NCBI GenBank assembly: GCA_044892505.1
Contig: CM097882.1
Location: 239,754,001 to 239,818,000 of the forward strand
DNA from: Schmidtea nova
Lineage: Eukaryota
DNA length: 64,000 nucleotides
Reading direction: 5' to 3'
This document shows positions 12,225 to 24,879 of this stretch, in pieces; position 1 is the stretch's first letter; each line of letters begins with the position of its first letter. A model generated the notes under the pieces. That model made no database searches. It saw nothing but the letters and a program-made list of their open reading frames with translations, and was not told the origin of the DNA. The position numbers and the translations under genes were made by a program.

Positions 12225-12746
12225 GTGGCAATGGAAATAATAAAGTTGATAAATCCCTATGACGGGATAGGTGAATTCTCGTCTTGGCTCAAAAAATTCA
12301 AATTGGTGGCAACTCATCTAAAAATAGTAGATGTTTCGCTCGTGCTACCACTGTTATTAGAGGGACCAGCTTTTTTGGTCTATGATCATTTGGCAGAAAA
12401 AGACAAGCGATGCTGCAACACAATCGAAAGGGCGTTACTGGACACCTTTTCAATGGATGGTTTCAAGGCCTACGATGAATTTCGAACCCGGTCATGGAGT
12501 GGGGAGCCGCTGGACGTTTTTCTCGCGGATTTAAAGCAATTGGCTACACTGGCTGGAATTGAATCAGATAATTTGCTCAAAAGAGCATTTGTTACAGGTT
12601 TGCCATCACCAGTGTCCCAAAAAATGAGAGCCTCGGCAAAAATTCAGGAAATGAGCCTTACTGAAATAGTATGTCAAGCTCGCGCTCTGTTGTCAGAACA
12701 TTCCGAGCCGGCGGGTCTGGTCATCGGAAACACCATTTCGGCTTAG
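12225..12746 (+). CDS. Gag (capsid part, C-terminally truncated)
   Basis: Open 173-aa ORF immediately after the LTR. FSSWLKKFKLVA, LPLLLEGPAFLVY, EPLDVFLADLKQLA are retrotransposon gag-like. The likely start is the ATG at 12231. Confidence 0.8.
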   Translation: MAMEIIKLINPYDGIGEFSSWLKKFKLVATHLKIVDVSLVLPLLLEGPAFLVYDHLAEKDKRCCNTIERALLDTFSMDGFKAYDEFRTRSWSGEPLDVFLADLKQLATLAGIESDNLLKRAFVTGLPSPVSQKMRASAKIQEMSLTEIVCQARALLSEHSEPAGLVIGNTISA

Positions 12747-13663
12747 AAAATCAATCTACTTCATTCAATCGGAAAATCCGGTTTACCAGTCGAGACTGTA
12801 TAAAAGAAGTCTTGAGAAACTGTACAGAATGTAGGTCAATCGACCCATCACCGATTAAATGGGAGCAAGGCACACTGGAAGTCACGGAAAACTGGAAGAG
12901 ATTGGCGGTTGACGTCACGCATCACGAGGGATCCACATTTCTGACCATGGTGGACTGTGGGCCCAGCAGATTTGCAATCTGGAGTAAAATAGATCGTGAG
13001 AACGCCCCAAACATTGTGAGAAATCTGGAGGAAGTATTTCGGGAGAGAGGCCCAGTATTAGAACTACTGATGGATAATGGGGCAAGTTTTCAATCTAATT
13101 CTTTGAGAGAGCTTTGTTGTAAATGGAATGTTAGACCGACCTATAGATGCGCTTATCGGCCAGCTGGAAATGGGATCGTAGAAAGAAACCACCGAACAAT
13201 AAAGTGTCATGCAGCCAGGAGTCATGCAGATCCCGGAAATGTCGTCTTCTGGTACAATTCCGCGCCTAGAGATGGAACTAATCAGGAAACAGCCCCATCA
13301 GAAGGGTTGTTCAAGTATCACTGGAGATTTTACCGAGGAAAAGAAGATGAACGCTCAGTATCATGTGAATATACACCTGGGCAAAGGATTGTTGTGAAGC
13401 CGGGACAAGCAAAGTGTACTACTCAATGGCCCATTGGAATCGTAACTGGAATTAATTCCGGCACCAACATTGAAGAGGATGGAATACCGCGTCACATTGC
13501 AGACATCCGGCCAGTAGTGGAAGAAGATATTGCTGACGAAAAATCAGAGACAGACCGAGCAAGTGAGGAGGAGATGGAAGTTGCAACGTATGAGGACAGG
13601 CCGAGACGACCACGGAGGAAGCCGCTTTATCTTGATCAGTATGATTTGGATGCATCATACTGA
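12730..13663 (+). CDS. Integrase (HHCC zinc finger + DDE core)
   Basis: HHFG...CTEC; LAVDVTH, DCGPSRF, LLMDNGASF, GNGIVERNHRTIK. No protease, RT or RNase H upstream. Confidence 0.9.
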
Positions 13664-13674
13664 TCACGTGGGAA

Positions 13675-13833
13675 TGTGCGAGAAAATATCGTGACATAAT
13701 AGTGTTTGGTCCTACGATTATGCAATTATTATTTGCTATATATATTACGTTGCGGTTGTTTCGGCAATACATTAACGTATGCTGTAATTAAATAAAGGGT
13801 GTGTAAATAAATTACAGATCTTAACTTAACACA
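13675..13833 (+). repeat. 3' LTR
   Basis: Direct repeat of 12058-12217, followed by the ATTTG TSD. Confidence 0.95.
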
Positions 13834-13861
13834 ATTTGTTTTTGATCTTAAAATTTAAAAA

Positions 13862-14403
13862 ATGGTAGATGAAGGGGCTTTCGCTTTAGTTTTTGACAAA
13901 TAATTCCCCAAGTGCAAAGCCGGTTTCGCTGACAATGATGATTTACGGGCTGTGTTTCTGCTTATTGTTAGTCAACTTCGTCATCGAGATGTTATTGTCG
14001 GTATATTATAGAACGATAGTTATGTCGACGATGGAGCTTAATTGAAGAGATGTATTCTTACTTTAAAATACCTAATCCAGCGCGGTATCATTACCAATTA
14101 AGACGATATGTAAAATATCTGGTATGATAATTTCTACAATGAATTGAAAATATCTCCCTAAGAACAGTGATTGTTGTTGACTGAAACTTTTAATGCTCCA
14201 GCCAAGTTTGTTGTTATTCACACTGGACTGTCTTTGTATGCTTCTGGAATACTAACTTGCATCATTATGGATTCAGGAAATGATGTAAAACATTGTATCA
14301 ATCTATGAAGGTTAATCCTTACATTATCATATTTTGCGTTTGGATTTGGCCGGTTTAAAGATTCGACAAATTACTTGAGGAAGACCTTAATTGAAAAAAA
14401 GAT
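13862..14403 (+). pseudogene. act: Actin pseudogene (5' half, intronless, many stops and deletions)
   Basis: MVDEGAFALVFD..KCKAGFADNDDLRAVF..IVSQLRH; DSYVDDGA*LKRCILTLKYLIQRGIITN*DDM*NIW..FYNELKISP; ETFNAPA; LSLYASG; IMDSG; IYEG; LRLDLAG. Confidence 0.95.
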
Positions 14404-14823
14404 ATTTGCGTTGAATCGCCAATGTGTACTGTCGTGTGTTAGCTATTACATGTTTCATTATAATAAAAAGTAATAGTAAATATGATTACCACGTAGCGAG
14501 AATTTTGAAAATGAAATTATAATAACTAAATGAGGTATTCTTCATATAAATAACAAAACACTATTTTGTAAAATATATTGCAGGAACATTTTTTTTAAAT
14601 ATAGTGCTCTATAATTTATACTCAATAAAGTTTTGTTATATTTTTCTTCCATGAATAATTTAGAAAGTACAGAAAATTGCACAAAACTTGATTTGTTTGC
14701 AGTGGATTTTTTCAATCTTAATCGAACATCAAAGTATCGAAGACAAGGAAAATGTGTCTTTCATTTCGCGTGTTAATTGTTAACAAACAATTAAAGTTTG
14801 ACAAATAAAATGCTATAAAACTA

Positions 14824-14897
14824 AAAAGTGCCAACTAGAATTTTATCCAGTTTAATATATTCTTATTAAACTGGATAAAAAACTAGTTGGCACTTTT
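14824..14897. repeat. 74-nt near-perfect palindrome/hairpin
   Basis: 32 bp paired, one 2x2 A:A internal mismatch, 6-nt loop. Confidence 0.9.
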
Positions 14898-15227
14898 GAT
14901 TTCACAGCTGATACATAAATCAGGTCTCTATTGGACATTATAAATGCCCTCTGGCAGTATTGTTTAGCATTTCTGAATTGCCGGTTTTGAGAATTCTCGA
15001 GAAAAATCAAGAATTTTTATGGAAAATATTAATGTTTTGATTGTATTTTTATTTAAAACACGTCTTAGGTTCGTATCAGTGGTTTACGAATCAACTCCAA
15101 TATCGAATTTTTTTCAGATAAATGTCGCATGTAATATAAATAAATAAGACAAAATGTTTTTACGAGTATTTATTATAAATATGAAACTTGAAATATAAAA
15201 TAGTTTAAAGGCCTAATACAAATGAAT

Positions 15228-15806
15228 GCCGGAAAAAAGCCAACGGAAAAAAAGCCAAGGAAGAAAAAGCTACGGAAATAAAATTCACAAATGTGTTAAT
15301 AAAAGCCAATAAAACTTTATAGTTTATTTGAAGAGTGCTCAATCTATTGATTGAGATAATAATAAATTTTCAAGACATTTTATCATTCATTCATGATTTT
15401 TAATATTTTAAATAATAGAATAAAATAAATAAATATATTTTTATAAAATTCTGGCGTTATATTAAGCATAATGGAATATAAAATTATTGAAAGTCAGAAA
15501 GGAAATAAGAAGTTATGTTTATATGGTTATATGTATGAACAAAGCATAATCTCAACAATTGCTGAAAAGACATCCCTTAGTTTCTCGCGGTGTCAGTCAT
15601 AACATCAGATTTGATAAACCATTTGTGTAAACAATAGTAATAAAAGTAATAGTTATGAAAATTTGTTTACTTAATTTAAATTTTCATTTGAAATATTATT
15701 TAACATTTTTATATACTTTTTTATGGTTTTGCTTAACTTAAATATTCATTAAATGAATTTATAATTGTGACATTATCTACATTGTTTTTGGCTTTTTTTT
15801 CATGGC
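15228..15806 (+). mobile_element. Deleted MULE-like relic
   Basis: Terminal inverted motifs GCC..GAAAAAAGCCA with subterminal repeats. The FLYWCH-type start MEYKIIESQKGNKKLCLYGYMY lies at 15471. Confidence 0.55.
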
Positions 15807-16685
15807 TGTCTAAAAGCGAAGTTGGTACTAAATATCACACCAGCTCCGACTAGGTGAAAAGTACTAGAATTTAGGGATATCTTATGATTTTACCGCGATC
15901 CTGGTTAACTAATATAATCGATTAACTCGTTTCTTAATATTACACTCTCAAATTTTAGACTCCAAAAATTAAAATAAAATAGTATTAAAAAATAATAATA
16001 TTCTTTTTCAAAACTGATAAATAAAAATAACCGTAATGCTAATTACTTTTTCTATCGATAATCAATATAGTTTTCAATTTTATACAAGTAGTAGACTTTT
16101 TCGAATTTTTTTCTCATCCGATTCTTTTATCATGTTTTTTACAACTCAGTATGGATATTAAGCTTATCTCATGCTGCAGCAAGGTGTCGTTTCTATTTTC
16201 TAAAAAATTGTCCTAATTTATGCTAATTAGGCTCCTTTTGACGTTTTCAGTTTCCAATATCAAAATTATACCTTCTCTAATTATGTAGTTTCTTGAAAAA
16301 CATAATTATTATTATCAATCTATAATTTAGAAATTATTTGTTTCTAAATTTTTTATCAAATTTACTATATTTAATTTAAAAACAAAAAATTCTATTTATA
16401 GTATTTATTTGTTACTATTATGACCTTCATATTTATTATTAATAATTCATTATTACAATTTATATAATACCCTAAAATTTCCAAGATCGAACCCCAGCAC
16501 AGGTAAAAAATAATGAACATCATAATCTCAATGAATATTTCATTAAAATAAAGAGGCAAAAAATCTCAATAACATCATAAAAGCTTTCTTAGTTATAAAT
16601 GATATAATATTATTTAATGATGATGTGCAAGAAAATGCTGTGACACAGTTGCATAACAGTGTTGATACTATTGTCCAATAGTTCT

Positions 16686-16820
16686 TGTATAACATATTAC
16701 GTTGCGGTAATTTAGATAGCTATAATGATGTCTGTCTTTAATTAAATAGACGCGTGTACTCGCCTTCTCGTTTCTTTTATGAATCATTTTTCAAGCTATC
16801 GCGGCAATGGAATTTCAAAA
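16686..16820 (+). mobile_element. Relic LTR + PBS + gag start related to the 12058 element
   Basis: Shares ATATTACGTTGCGGT with the 13675 LTR. Ends in CA followed by AGCTATCGCGGCAATGGAA. Confidence 0.6.
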
Positions 16821-17388
16821 GTTAAAGAGACTAAATATATTGTCGTTTCGTATTGTAATTCATCAAATTATAAACTGAAATTGTAATAAATATTTTTATT
16901 AAAAATACATATGGAATATCAGTAACATTTTTTATTTTCGTCACCTTTGACCTTTTCATTCAAATTCTTATGTTTTCATTTATAAAAAAGTCAAAAGATT
17001 TCCCTATGCAACATAAATATTTGGCACTGCTTTTATCAATTGGTAATTCGTCAACAGTTGGCGGTAAATATTTGGAAATACGGATTGCGTAAAAATTAAC
17101 CTAACAATAATCAAGAATTGAAACGTTTGGAAATTTGTGAATAAAGGCATTTTTAAGGGATCCATTTCGGTTAAATAAAAGATAAATATTTATTATGAAT
17201 AATACATTTTTAATATACTTTTGAGTATTTATTTATTGGCAATTCGATTCATTTTATTATTAGCATTTGTTAGTTGTTAATTTATTGAAAAAAAGAAAAT
17301 TAATATATATTGCGCTTGTTTTGTTTTTGTATTATCCCATTTATTATCATTGGTTAAAATTTATTTAAATAAATAAATATTCACTAAC

Positions 17389-17542
17389 TTAAGTTGCATT
17401 TGGGAGGGTTGCAGGATCTTATCACTTGAGGAATTCCGAGATTTGTTTTATAACATAATTCACCAGCAGGCAGCTTAGATTTGACCCATACGCAAATTAA
17501 GTATCTTGCCTGAATTCCGCTTTTCCCACAACTTCTTGAACA
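17389..17542 (-). CDS. ADAMTS-like gene exon (TSP1 repeat)
   Basis: CSRSCGKSGIQARYLICVWVKSKLPAGELCYKTNLGIPQVIRSCNPPKCNL. AG acceptor and GTTAGT donor; 154 bp, phase 0 to 1. Confidence 0.92.
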
Positions 17543-17586
17543 CTAATTAACATTATTCAATTTTGAGTCAAAAGAATTAATAAAAC

Positions 17587-17757
17587 CTTTGTCCATTCAC
17601 TGATTTTCCACTCTACTTGACATTCAGGATTAAAGCATTCGAAAACTGGCTTTCTTGTTGAATCGCATTTCTCAAATCCCATTGACTGGTTTCGAAACAT
17701 GCACTTTAAATCTCCTTTTGTACTTGCCTTTTCGTATCCTATGCAATGGTCAGTGCA
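17587..17757 (-). CDS. ADAMTS-like gene exon (TSP1 repeat)
   Basis: CTDHCIGYEKASTKGDLKCMFRNQSMGFEKCDSTRKPVFECFNPECQVEWKISEWTK. TTTAG acceptor, AG|GT donor, 171 bp; followed by a 44-bp intron. Confidence 0.92.
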
Positions 17758-18242
17758 CTAAATCGAATTTTAATGAAACATTAATTAAAGTTTTAATTAA
17801 ACGTTAAATTTAAGTTATGAAATTGTCGTTTAATTCAAATCATTCNNNNNNNNNNNNNNNNNNNNNNNNNNNNNNNNNNNNNNNNNNNNNNNNNNNNNNN
17901 NNNNNNNNNNNNNNNNNNNNNNNNNNNNNNNNNNNNNNNNNNNNNNNNNNNNNNNNNNNNNNNNNNNNNNNNNNNNNNNNNNNNNNNNNNNNNNNNNNNN
18001 NNNNNNNNNNNNNNNNNNNNNNNNNNNNNNNNNNNNNNNNNNNNNNNNNNNNNNNNNNNNNNNNNNNNNNNNNNNNNNNNNNNNNNNNNNNNNNNNNNNN
18101 NNNNNNNNNNNNNNNNNNNNNNNNNNNNNNNNNNNNNNNNNNNNNNNNNNNNNNNNNNNNNNNNNNNNNNNNNNNNNNNNNNNNNNNNNNNNNNNNNNNN
18201 NNNNNNNNNNNNNNNATGGCACTAATATAATTAACAACAAAC

Positions 18243-19385
18243 GCCAATCCAAATATATATTTTGCACAATATATTTCGAGAACTTAATTCTCTTCATCAG
18301 GTGCTACCCAATCTTACATCGAAATATAAATCACATAAATCGATTTATTCGAACAAATTAGTATTAATTTTTAAAATAAAATATATATTTTAAATTCTAT
18401 TATAGTCAAATTTATATCGATTAAAAATTTTTAAATTTAAATAAATCAATCTTAAAAATATAATATTCTTTTATTTTTATACAAAAAAATATTTTTTTAA
18501 GAATATATTATAAATATTTTCATATTTATAAACAACAGAATGATTGAAAACGAAATCCATAATCCCCAATTGAAAATGCTCTAAAACTCGAGTACAGAAA
18601 AGACGGTCAGTCTTGTCCAAAGTATGTGGCATTACGCCCATGACATTTGAAAAATTAAACGAGTATAGAACACAAATCAAAAGAAGAAAATAAACACCTT
18701 CAAACACCTTCATATTTTCAAACGTCATGGGTGAAATGCCACATACATTGGAAAAGACTGCCCGTCTTCTCTGTATTCGAGTTTCAGAGCGGAGTCAATT
18801 AATGGGATTTAGCGTTGTTTTCAGTCATATCGTTGTTTTTTGAATATGTGAGTGTGAGAGTTTTGAGTCCGTGTGTTTGCCTCATTTTTTGCGGTTTAAG
18901 TAAATTAACTGATGTGGTTTTTGATGGTGTTTATTTTCTTCTTTTGATTTGTGTTCTATACTAGTTTAATTTTTCAGATGTCATGGGCGTAATGCCACAT
19001 ACTTTGGACAAGACTGACCGTCTTTTCTGTACTCGAGTTTTAGAGCATTTTCAATTGGGGATTATGGATTTCGTTTTCAATCATTCTGTTGTTTATAAAT
19101 ATGAAAATATTTATAATATATTCTTAAAAAAAATATTTTTTTGTATAAAAATAAAAGAATATTATATTTTTAAGATTGATTTATTTAAATTTAAAAATTT
19201 TTAATCGATATAAATTTTTTGACTATAATAGAATTTAAAATATATATTTTATTTTAAAAATTAATACTAATTTGTTCGAATAAATCGATTTATGTGATTT
19301 ATATTTCGATGTAAGATTGGGTAGCACCTGATGAAGAGAATTAAGTTCTCGAAATATATTGTGCAAAATATATATTTGGATTGGC
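18243..19385. repeat. Large inverted duplication (~460-bp arms) with a diverged tandem copy in the spacer
   Basis: 18243-18698 is the reverse complement of 18926-19385 with a few differences. 18723-18850 is a diverged copy of 18980-19100. Both outer ends lie at or next to N gaps. Confidence 0.9.
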
Positions 19386-21448
19386 NNNNNNNNNNNNNNN
19401 NNNNNNNNNNNNNNNNNNNNNNNNNNNNNNNNNNNNNNNNNNNNNNNNNNNNNNNNNNNNNNNNNNNNNNNNNNNNNNNNNNNNNNNNNNNNNNNNNNNN
19501 NNNNNNNNNNNNNNNNNNNNNNNNNNNNNNNNNNNNNNNNNNNNNNNNNNNNNNNNNNNNNNNNNNNNNNNNNNNNNNNNNNNNNNNNNNTGCAAAGTTT
19601 CAAAATCCTTTAATTACATTTAGGGTCTTTTTTTATAAAATTGATAATTTATTATTTATTAAAACACAAAAAAATTAGGTTATTTAAAAACAGAATTATT
19701 AAATATAAAGCAAATTAAACGTAAATAATTTTAACATTTTGACTTATAGAAATATAAATTTTGTATCAGATTTGAGAATATGTATTGTTTATGATCTGGA
19801 TAGTAAATTCGATGTCCGTTTACAGGCACATGATCGTATCAAAGAACGAGTGGAGAATTTTCAACGTGAATTGAAAATGTTAATGGTTAATTGCTAAGAA
19901 TTACATAAGAACTGATTCAAGACAAGCGCTACAGGCGCTTTGAAATTTATGACAAAACAACGAAGCGGCACCAAATTTAGCAGTAAAGCAATCGAATAAT
20001 GCAGATATTCAATTCCATTGCAAACAAATGAGTTTATTAACAGAAAATGACAGCAATTATAAATTATAATTACTACATATTTTACTAGTATTTATTTTAA
20101 TGAATTAGACGAGTTATTTGAATTGATGGTCCGAGATTTTCTTTTAAAATAATTATTAATTTTGTCATTTTCAATAACATTCCTTAAGTGGAACCAGTCC
20201 ATCTATTTTGTGTTGGCTAACAGAAGTGAAATTTTTTATTTTTATAAATGCTTCGAAAATACACACACAATAGCAAAAAGTTAATTTTAAAACCACGATA
20301 ACACAAAATAACTCAAAGTAAGAACATAACGGTTAGAATCAACGAACAAGAATAATCAAAATCTTAAAATGTAAGAGGTTGCAAGCGCCAACATTGTAGG
20401 CATACAACACTGCATTTCGTAAAACTGTCAAAATGGGGAAAACTTTTCATACGAAAAATTGCAGCAAATTGATAGTGAAAGATTATATCTTTTAATATTA
20501 TACGAAAAACCATTATGAAGTCATAAAAGTAGCATTAAATTAAATGAAAAAATAAAGAAAATATCCCCATCAAAATACCTTGAAAATAACCGAAACAGGA
20601 TAAGAAATTGAAATAAATTAAATTTGGTTGTTTAAAACGACTATTTAATGCGCACTAACACCTAAAACTAAAGCGTGACGGATACATATATCATATTAAA
20701 GTGATGAATAGATATTAAAGAAAAGAAATCAAAGAAATCAAAATTAAAATGAATCGAACAATGTTTAACCAAAATCAATTAGTGTGTGGGGTAAACTGCC
20801 AATTCTGAAATTCAGTAAATTTCTCTGCACTTGACTCATAATGTCTGCGAGAGAATTTCAGAAATATTACAAATAGAAATATTACAACAGAATCTGTGGC
20901 GTCACTTGAAATTCAGTATAAATACGACGCTGAAATCATTAATTTAATTTTGTTCTCTACAGTCAAGTTTCCTTATTAGGCTGAACTCTGCAACTTTCTA
21001 TTGAATTATTGTGTCGTTATTCCGGAAGGACAAGTATTTATTTTATTGTTTTGTAATAGTAGTTAGAAGCTAATTTTAAAAATAAATATTCTTAAGTAGT
21101 TTTTATTTATTTTTGATTGATTAAAAGACTGCTCACTCCTATGAGTCCCCAGTCAGATAAAATCTCTTAGGTTAGACTAAAGATGATAAATTCTGGTGAT
21201 TGAAAGATCCAGTGGAAGTACCTGTCATGGTAGATGATTTATCTTGACGCGGTTGCAGTTACAAATCGTTCACGTTAACAAGGAAATTAAAATCGTTTAA
21301 AATCAAATAAGGACTGAATATTCATTGGCTTGAAAGAATCAAAATTAAATCTCTTTTCTGGAATTGTCATGGCTAGGAGTTTGCTTGCATCTTCGTGTCA
21401 TTTATGTATTAAAAAATAGTACAGTTCCTTTATTTATTTTAAGAAAAT

Positions 21449-21451
<3 letters not shown>

Positions 21452-21505
<54 letters not shown>
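21452..21505. repeat. (AT)n microsatellite
   Basis: Pure AT run. Confidence 0.98.
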
Positions 21506-21508
<3 letters not shown>

Positions 21509-22082
21509 GGATTTAATAAAGGTATGGAGAAGAAAAAACTTTATATATGATTTTCTAGGAATTTTTGCCATAAAATATGAGCAGATCCCTGCACAAACCA
21601 ATAATTGAATGTAGAATATTTTAAATTCGATTTCAGAAATAAGGATGAAGTGTTCCTCAAAATTTTGGAATATCGATGGGTGTAAACGCTAGACATCTAT
21701 AATGTATGTTTTAGAAGGAACTAATCAATAATTCAATATGCAAAGAAAGGTAAAGTAAACGTGTGCATAAGACCTTCTTTCGGTAGCCATGAACCAGAAA
21801 GGAGAGTGCAGTGAAGAGTACTTTTGATAACAAAGTTCATGTGCTTGTTAATTCTCGTACCACTGTAAGCATTACTAGCACAATTATCAAAATGTAAATA
21901 CGTATACACAATTGGTGAGGTGTCAGGGTTTTGTAACCATAGAAACAATGAAAAGTTAATGAACTAAATATCGACATTTGTAAAGTTAAGAATACAGTTT
22001 TTGAACGAGTTTACGTATTTTTTCTCAAAAAGCAAAGTTTGGTTCATAAATTTAATCGATAAACAATATTTATTAAAATAAC

Positions 22083-22919
22083 CTGATTTAAGTCCACGTT
22101 TTTAAAGTTCCATTCAGGACACTGGAAATTTCTGCTGCATTCTCTTTGTGATAGCGGTTTTGGAGCAACTCTTTTAATACATTCATCGTCTGACAATTGG
22201 TAGTAAAAACGTTTCTGTAAACTTTCACATCGAACCATTCTACTTTGAAGTCCAGTATTTTCACATGAGACAGAACATTGACTCCATTCTCCAATAATCC
22301 ATCTAACATGGTCTTGTGATAACATGTCCAACTGTACAAGTTCGTTGGGCATATCTTTATTAGATATAGAATTCCTTATTGCCCAATCTTTATATCCATC
22401 AGAAGGACTCTTTAACTTTATGACTACAGTGTCACTGACATTTCCAGCAATACAAAGCCATTCACCTTGATCTTGAATAAGAAATGATTTGATAATTAAC
22501 TTTCCTTTTCTTGTAACTCTTATTCTATTTTTGGATTTTCCTTTATAGAAATACTCTGTTTTTTTGTGGGCCCACAATAAATTTGAAGACAAAAAGTTTT
22601 TCACTGGACAATTCAATGTTAATCTTGTTCCAGGAAACACATAAGAAATCTGACCAACTTGAAGTTTGAGCTTTTCGACTCTTCTCATTTGAACCAGAAT
22701 TCGTTTTTCAGAGATTATTTCTGGGAGAAATTCATTTTTTTTGAAACATCTTTTGGGATCAATGTGATCAAAACACTGCCGCCAATTTGCCGGCGGAATA
22801 AGACCCTTAGCATAACATGCAGCTCTGGGAAGTTCTAAAACTTTCCCTGTATTTAATAAACTTAGACAGCTTAAATCACGCCTTTGCTGACCAGGAGAGC
22901 AGTCGCTAATTTTTACGCA
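22083..22919 (-). CDS. ADAMTS-like gene exon (TSP1 - Ig I-set - TSP1)
   Basis: TTTACAG acceptor, then open CVKISDCSPGQQRR...RRVEKLKLQVGQISYVFPGTRLTLNCP..W..DQGEWLCIAG (punctin-type Ig)...WSQCSVSCENTGLQSRMVRC...CPEWNFKNVDLNQ, then CAG|GT donor. 837 bp, phase 0-0. Confidence 0.95.
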
Positions 22920-24879
22920 CTGTAAATAAAATAATATATCAAATGCTATGTATATAAAAATTGTTTTTACACTACTGCTATATTTTATTTTAACTTCTTG
23001 AAAGATTTTAAATTACATAATTATGTAATTTTTCACATGTGTAAAAGTTCTAGTTTCTTTTGATTTAATTTTAATATAGAAATACCCTTTGAAAGGCAAA
23101 TTTTAATTAAAATTAAAGATTGTAAAAAATCATTGGGTATGAGGGCTTTTTGAACGATATCCTATGATGAAGGTTTTTTCCTGAGTTCATTTCATATATT
23201 TATTTTATGTACTTTTTTCTGGCTTTTCCCTATTGTATATGGTGCTTGAGAAAACAGAGCATTTCTAACTTAATCTTTAACTCGAAACCAAATGATACCA
23301 ATGGATCATATTCCTTGATTCTTCTCATCTTTTTGCATTTTCCCGTTCACAATTTTTGAAATCTTTCGCAAAATCATGAATCCTTTTCATACTCTTAACT
23401 TTCCACAAACATTTTTAAGGACGATGAATTTATGTTACAAAGAAATCATTTTAACTCAGTACAATGAAAAAGAAATTAATTTTCTCGTTTGTGACTTATT
23501 TTGGTTTTAAATAATGCAAAATGACAAAAATGACAAAATCATTATTTTTAGCTCATATAAACAACTTTGCAATATCATACATTTTAAAATTATATTAGCA
23601 TAAACTTTTCTTTATACAACCTTTTTTTAAGTTATTTTTAACTTAAACCTATATTTTGTCCTGAAAATTTTTAAAAATCTCTTAACAATAGCGCATATAA
23701 GTTTCAATTAGAAATGCTCTGGCTTTTCTTGAAACACCATATAAACTCTCAATGAATTTTCTAAGTTATTATAGAAAATATTATAGAATATATCTGTGTT
23801 TATGCTGTTTAAAGGACTAAAGAAAAAATTATTTATATTTAGATAGTATTCTAGATTCTTATGATTAGAATAGATAATACTCAAATATAATGCATTGATG
23901 AGTTGGTAAAGCTAAGCAAGGAGTCTTAGGAACCCAGAAAAAAATCAATGGTTCTCAAATATGACATTAAACGAGACCCTACTGTAATATCTAAATGGAA
24001 AATGAAATTTAAATTATCTATTTACATAATAGTTTACTTTTAATATATTTATATTAAAAAATTTCTTTTGTCTGAGTAACCAAATTATGTACAAATTGTA
24101 CAAATTAAAATATAACTCACCATGACCTTATTCAAAAACAGCAAGACAAAAAACAATTAACTTACATTTTCAACAAGATAGCTTTTTAATAATTTACTTG
24201 ACTAATCAACAACACCATGTAATTCAATGATTTATTTGTTCACCTCGATAAACAATAATATAAATTGATAATTGATGCAATGAAAAGCTATGTTTATCAT
24301 TGAGAATATGAACTCAATGTGAATATAAAACTTTTTCTCGAACAAAATATTGCAAATTAAAAACATAAATATCTGAGTTGATACACCATCTACAGATATA
24401 AATTGAATATTTTGATTCAATTTTATTTTAATTCAATATTATTTATTATAATAATAAATTATTTTATAAAAATTTTATATTACTTATAATAATTAGTAGA
24501 TAATCATACAGCTTCAATAACGTCGATCACGTAATGATTTTAGATCGATCGGCAATAAATATTCATATTTCAGATATTTATTTCCTTTCAAATTGCCATT
24601 TTAATTTCAAGAATCAAAATCTAATTGTACTAAATACGTACATAAAATCAAAATAAGAAACTATTAAATAGAGATGGCTCTACTAAATCTTTTTCATTTT
24701 GTATGATTGAATATTGGCTAAGTAGATTTGGAATGGATTTGAAAATATTTCATATTTTTGAATTTTTTTGAATTGTTTGAATCTAGTTATCATTAAGTAT
24801 AAACTCATTCGTTTATTACGCATAGTAGTAATCAAATTGAAATTATTTTAAATTTTGATGCCGTGAATAATTCTAAAAA

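Larger units (their letters stand above)
12058..13833 (+). mobile_element. Compact LTR retroelement (Gypsy-like, gag + integrase only), 1776 bp
   Basis: TG..CA LTRs at 12058-12217 and 13675-13833 (10 differences in ~160 bp by eye), 5-bp TSD ATTTG (12053-12057, 13834-13838), weak PPT GTGGGAA. Confidence 0.95.

Noticed and set aside
17817-19678. Long ORFs made of X residues (also near 11143-11406 and 26879-27146)
   Set aside because: Artefacts of N gaps.
21733-21948. ORF as the next ADAMTS-like exon
   Set aside because: No TSP1/PLAC pattern or suitable acceptor. Exon 22083 joins cleanly to 17757 instead.
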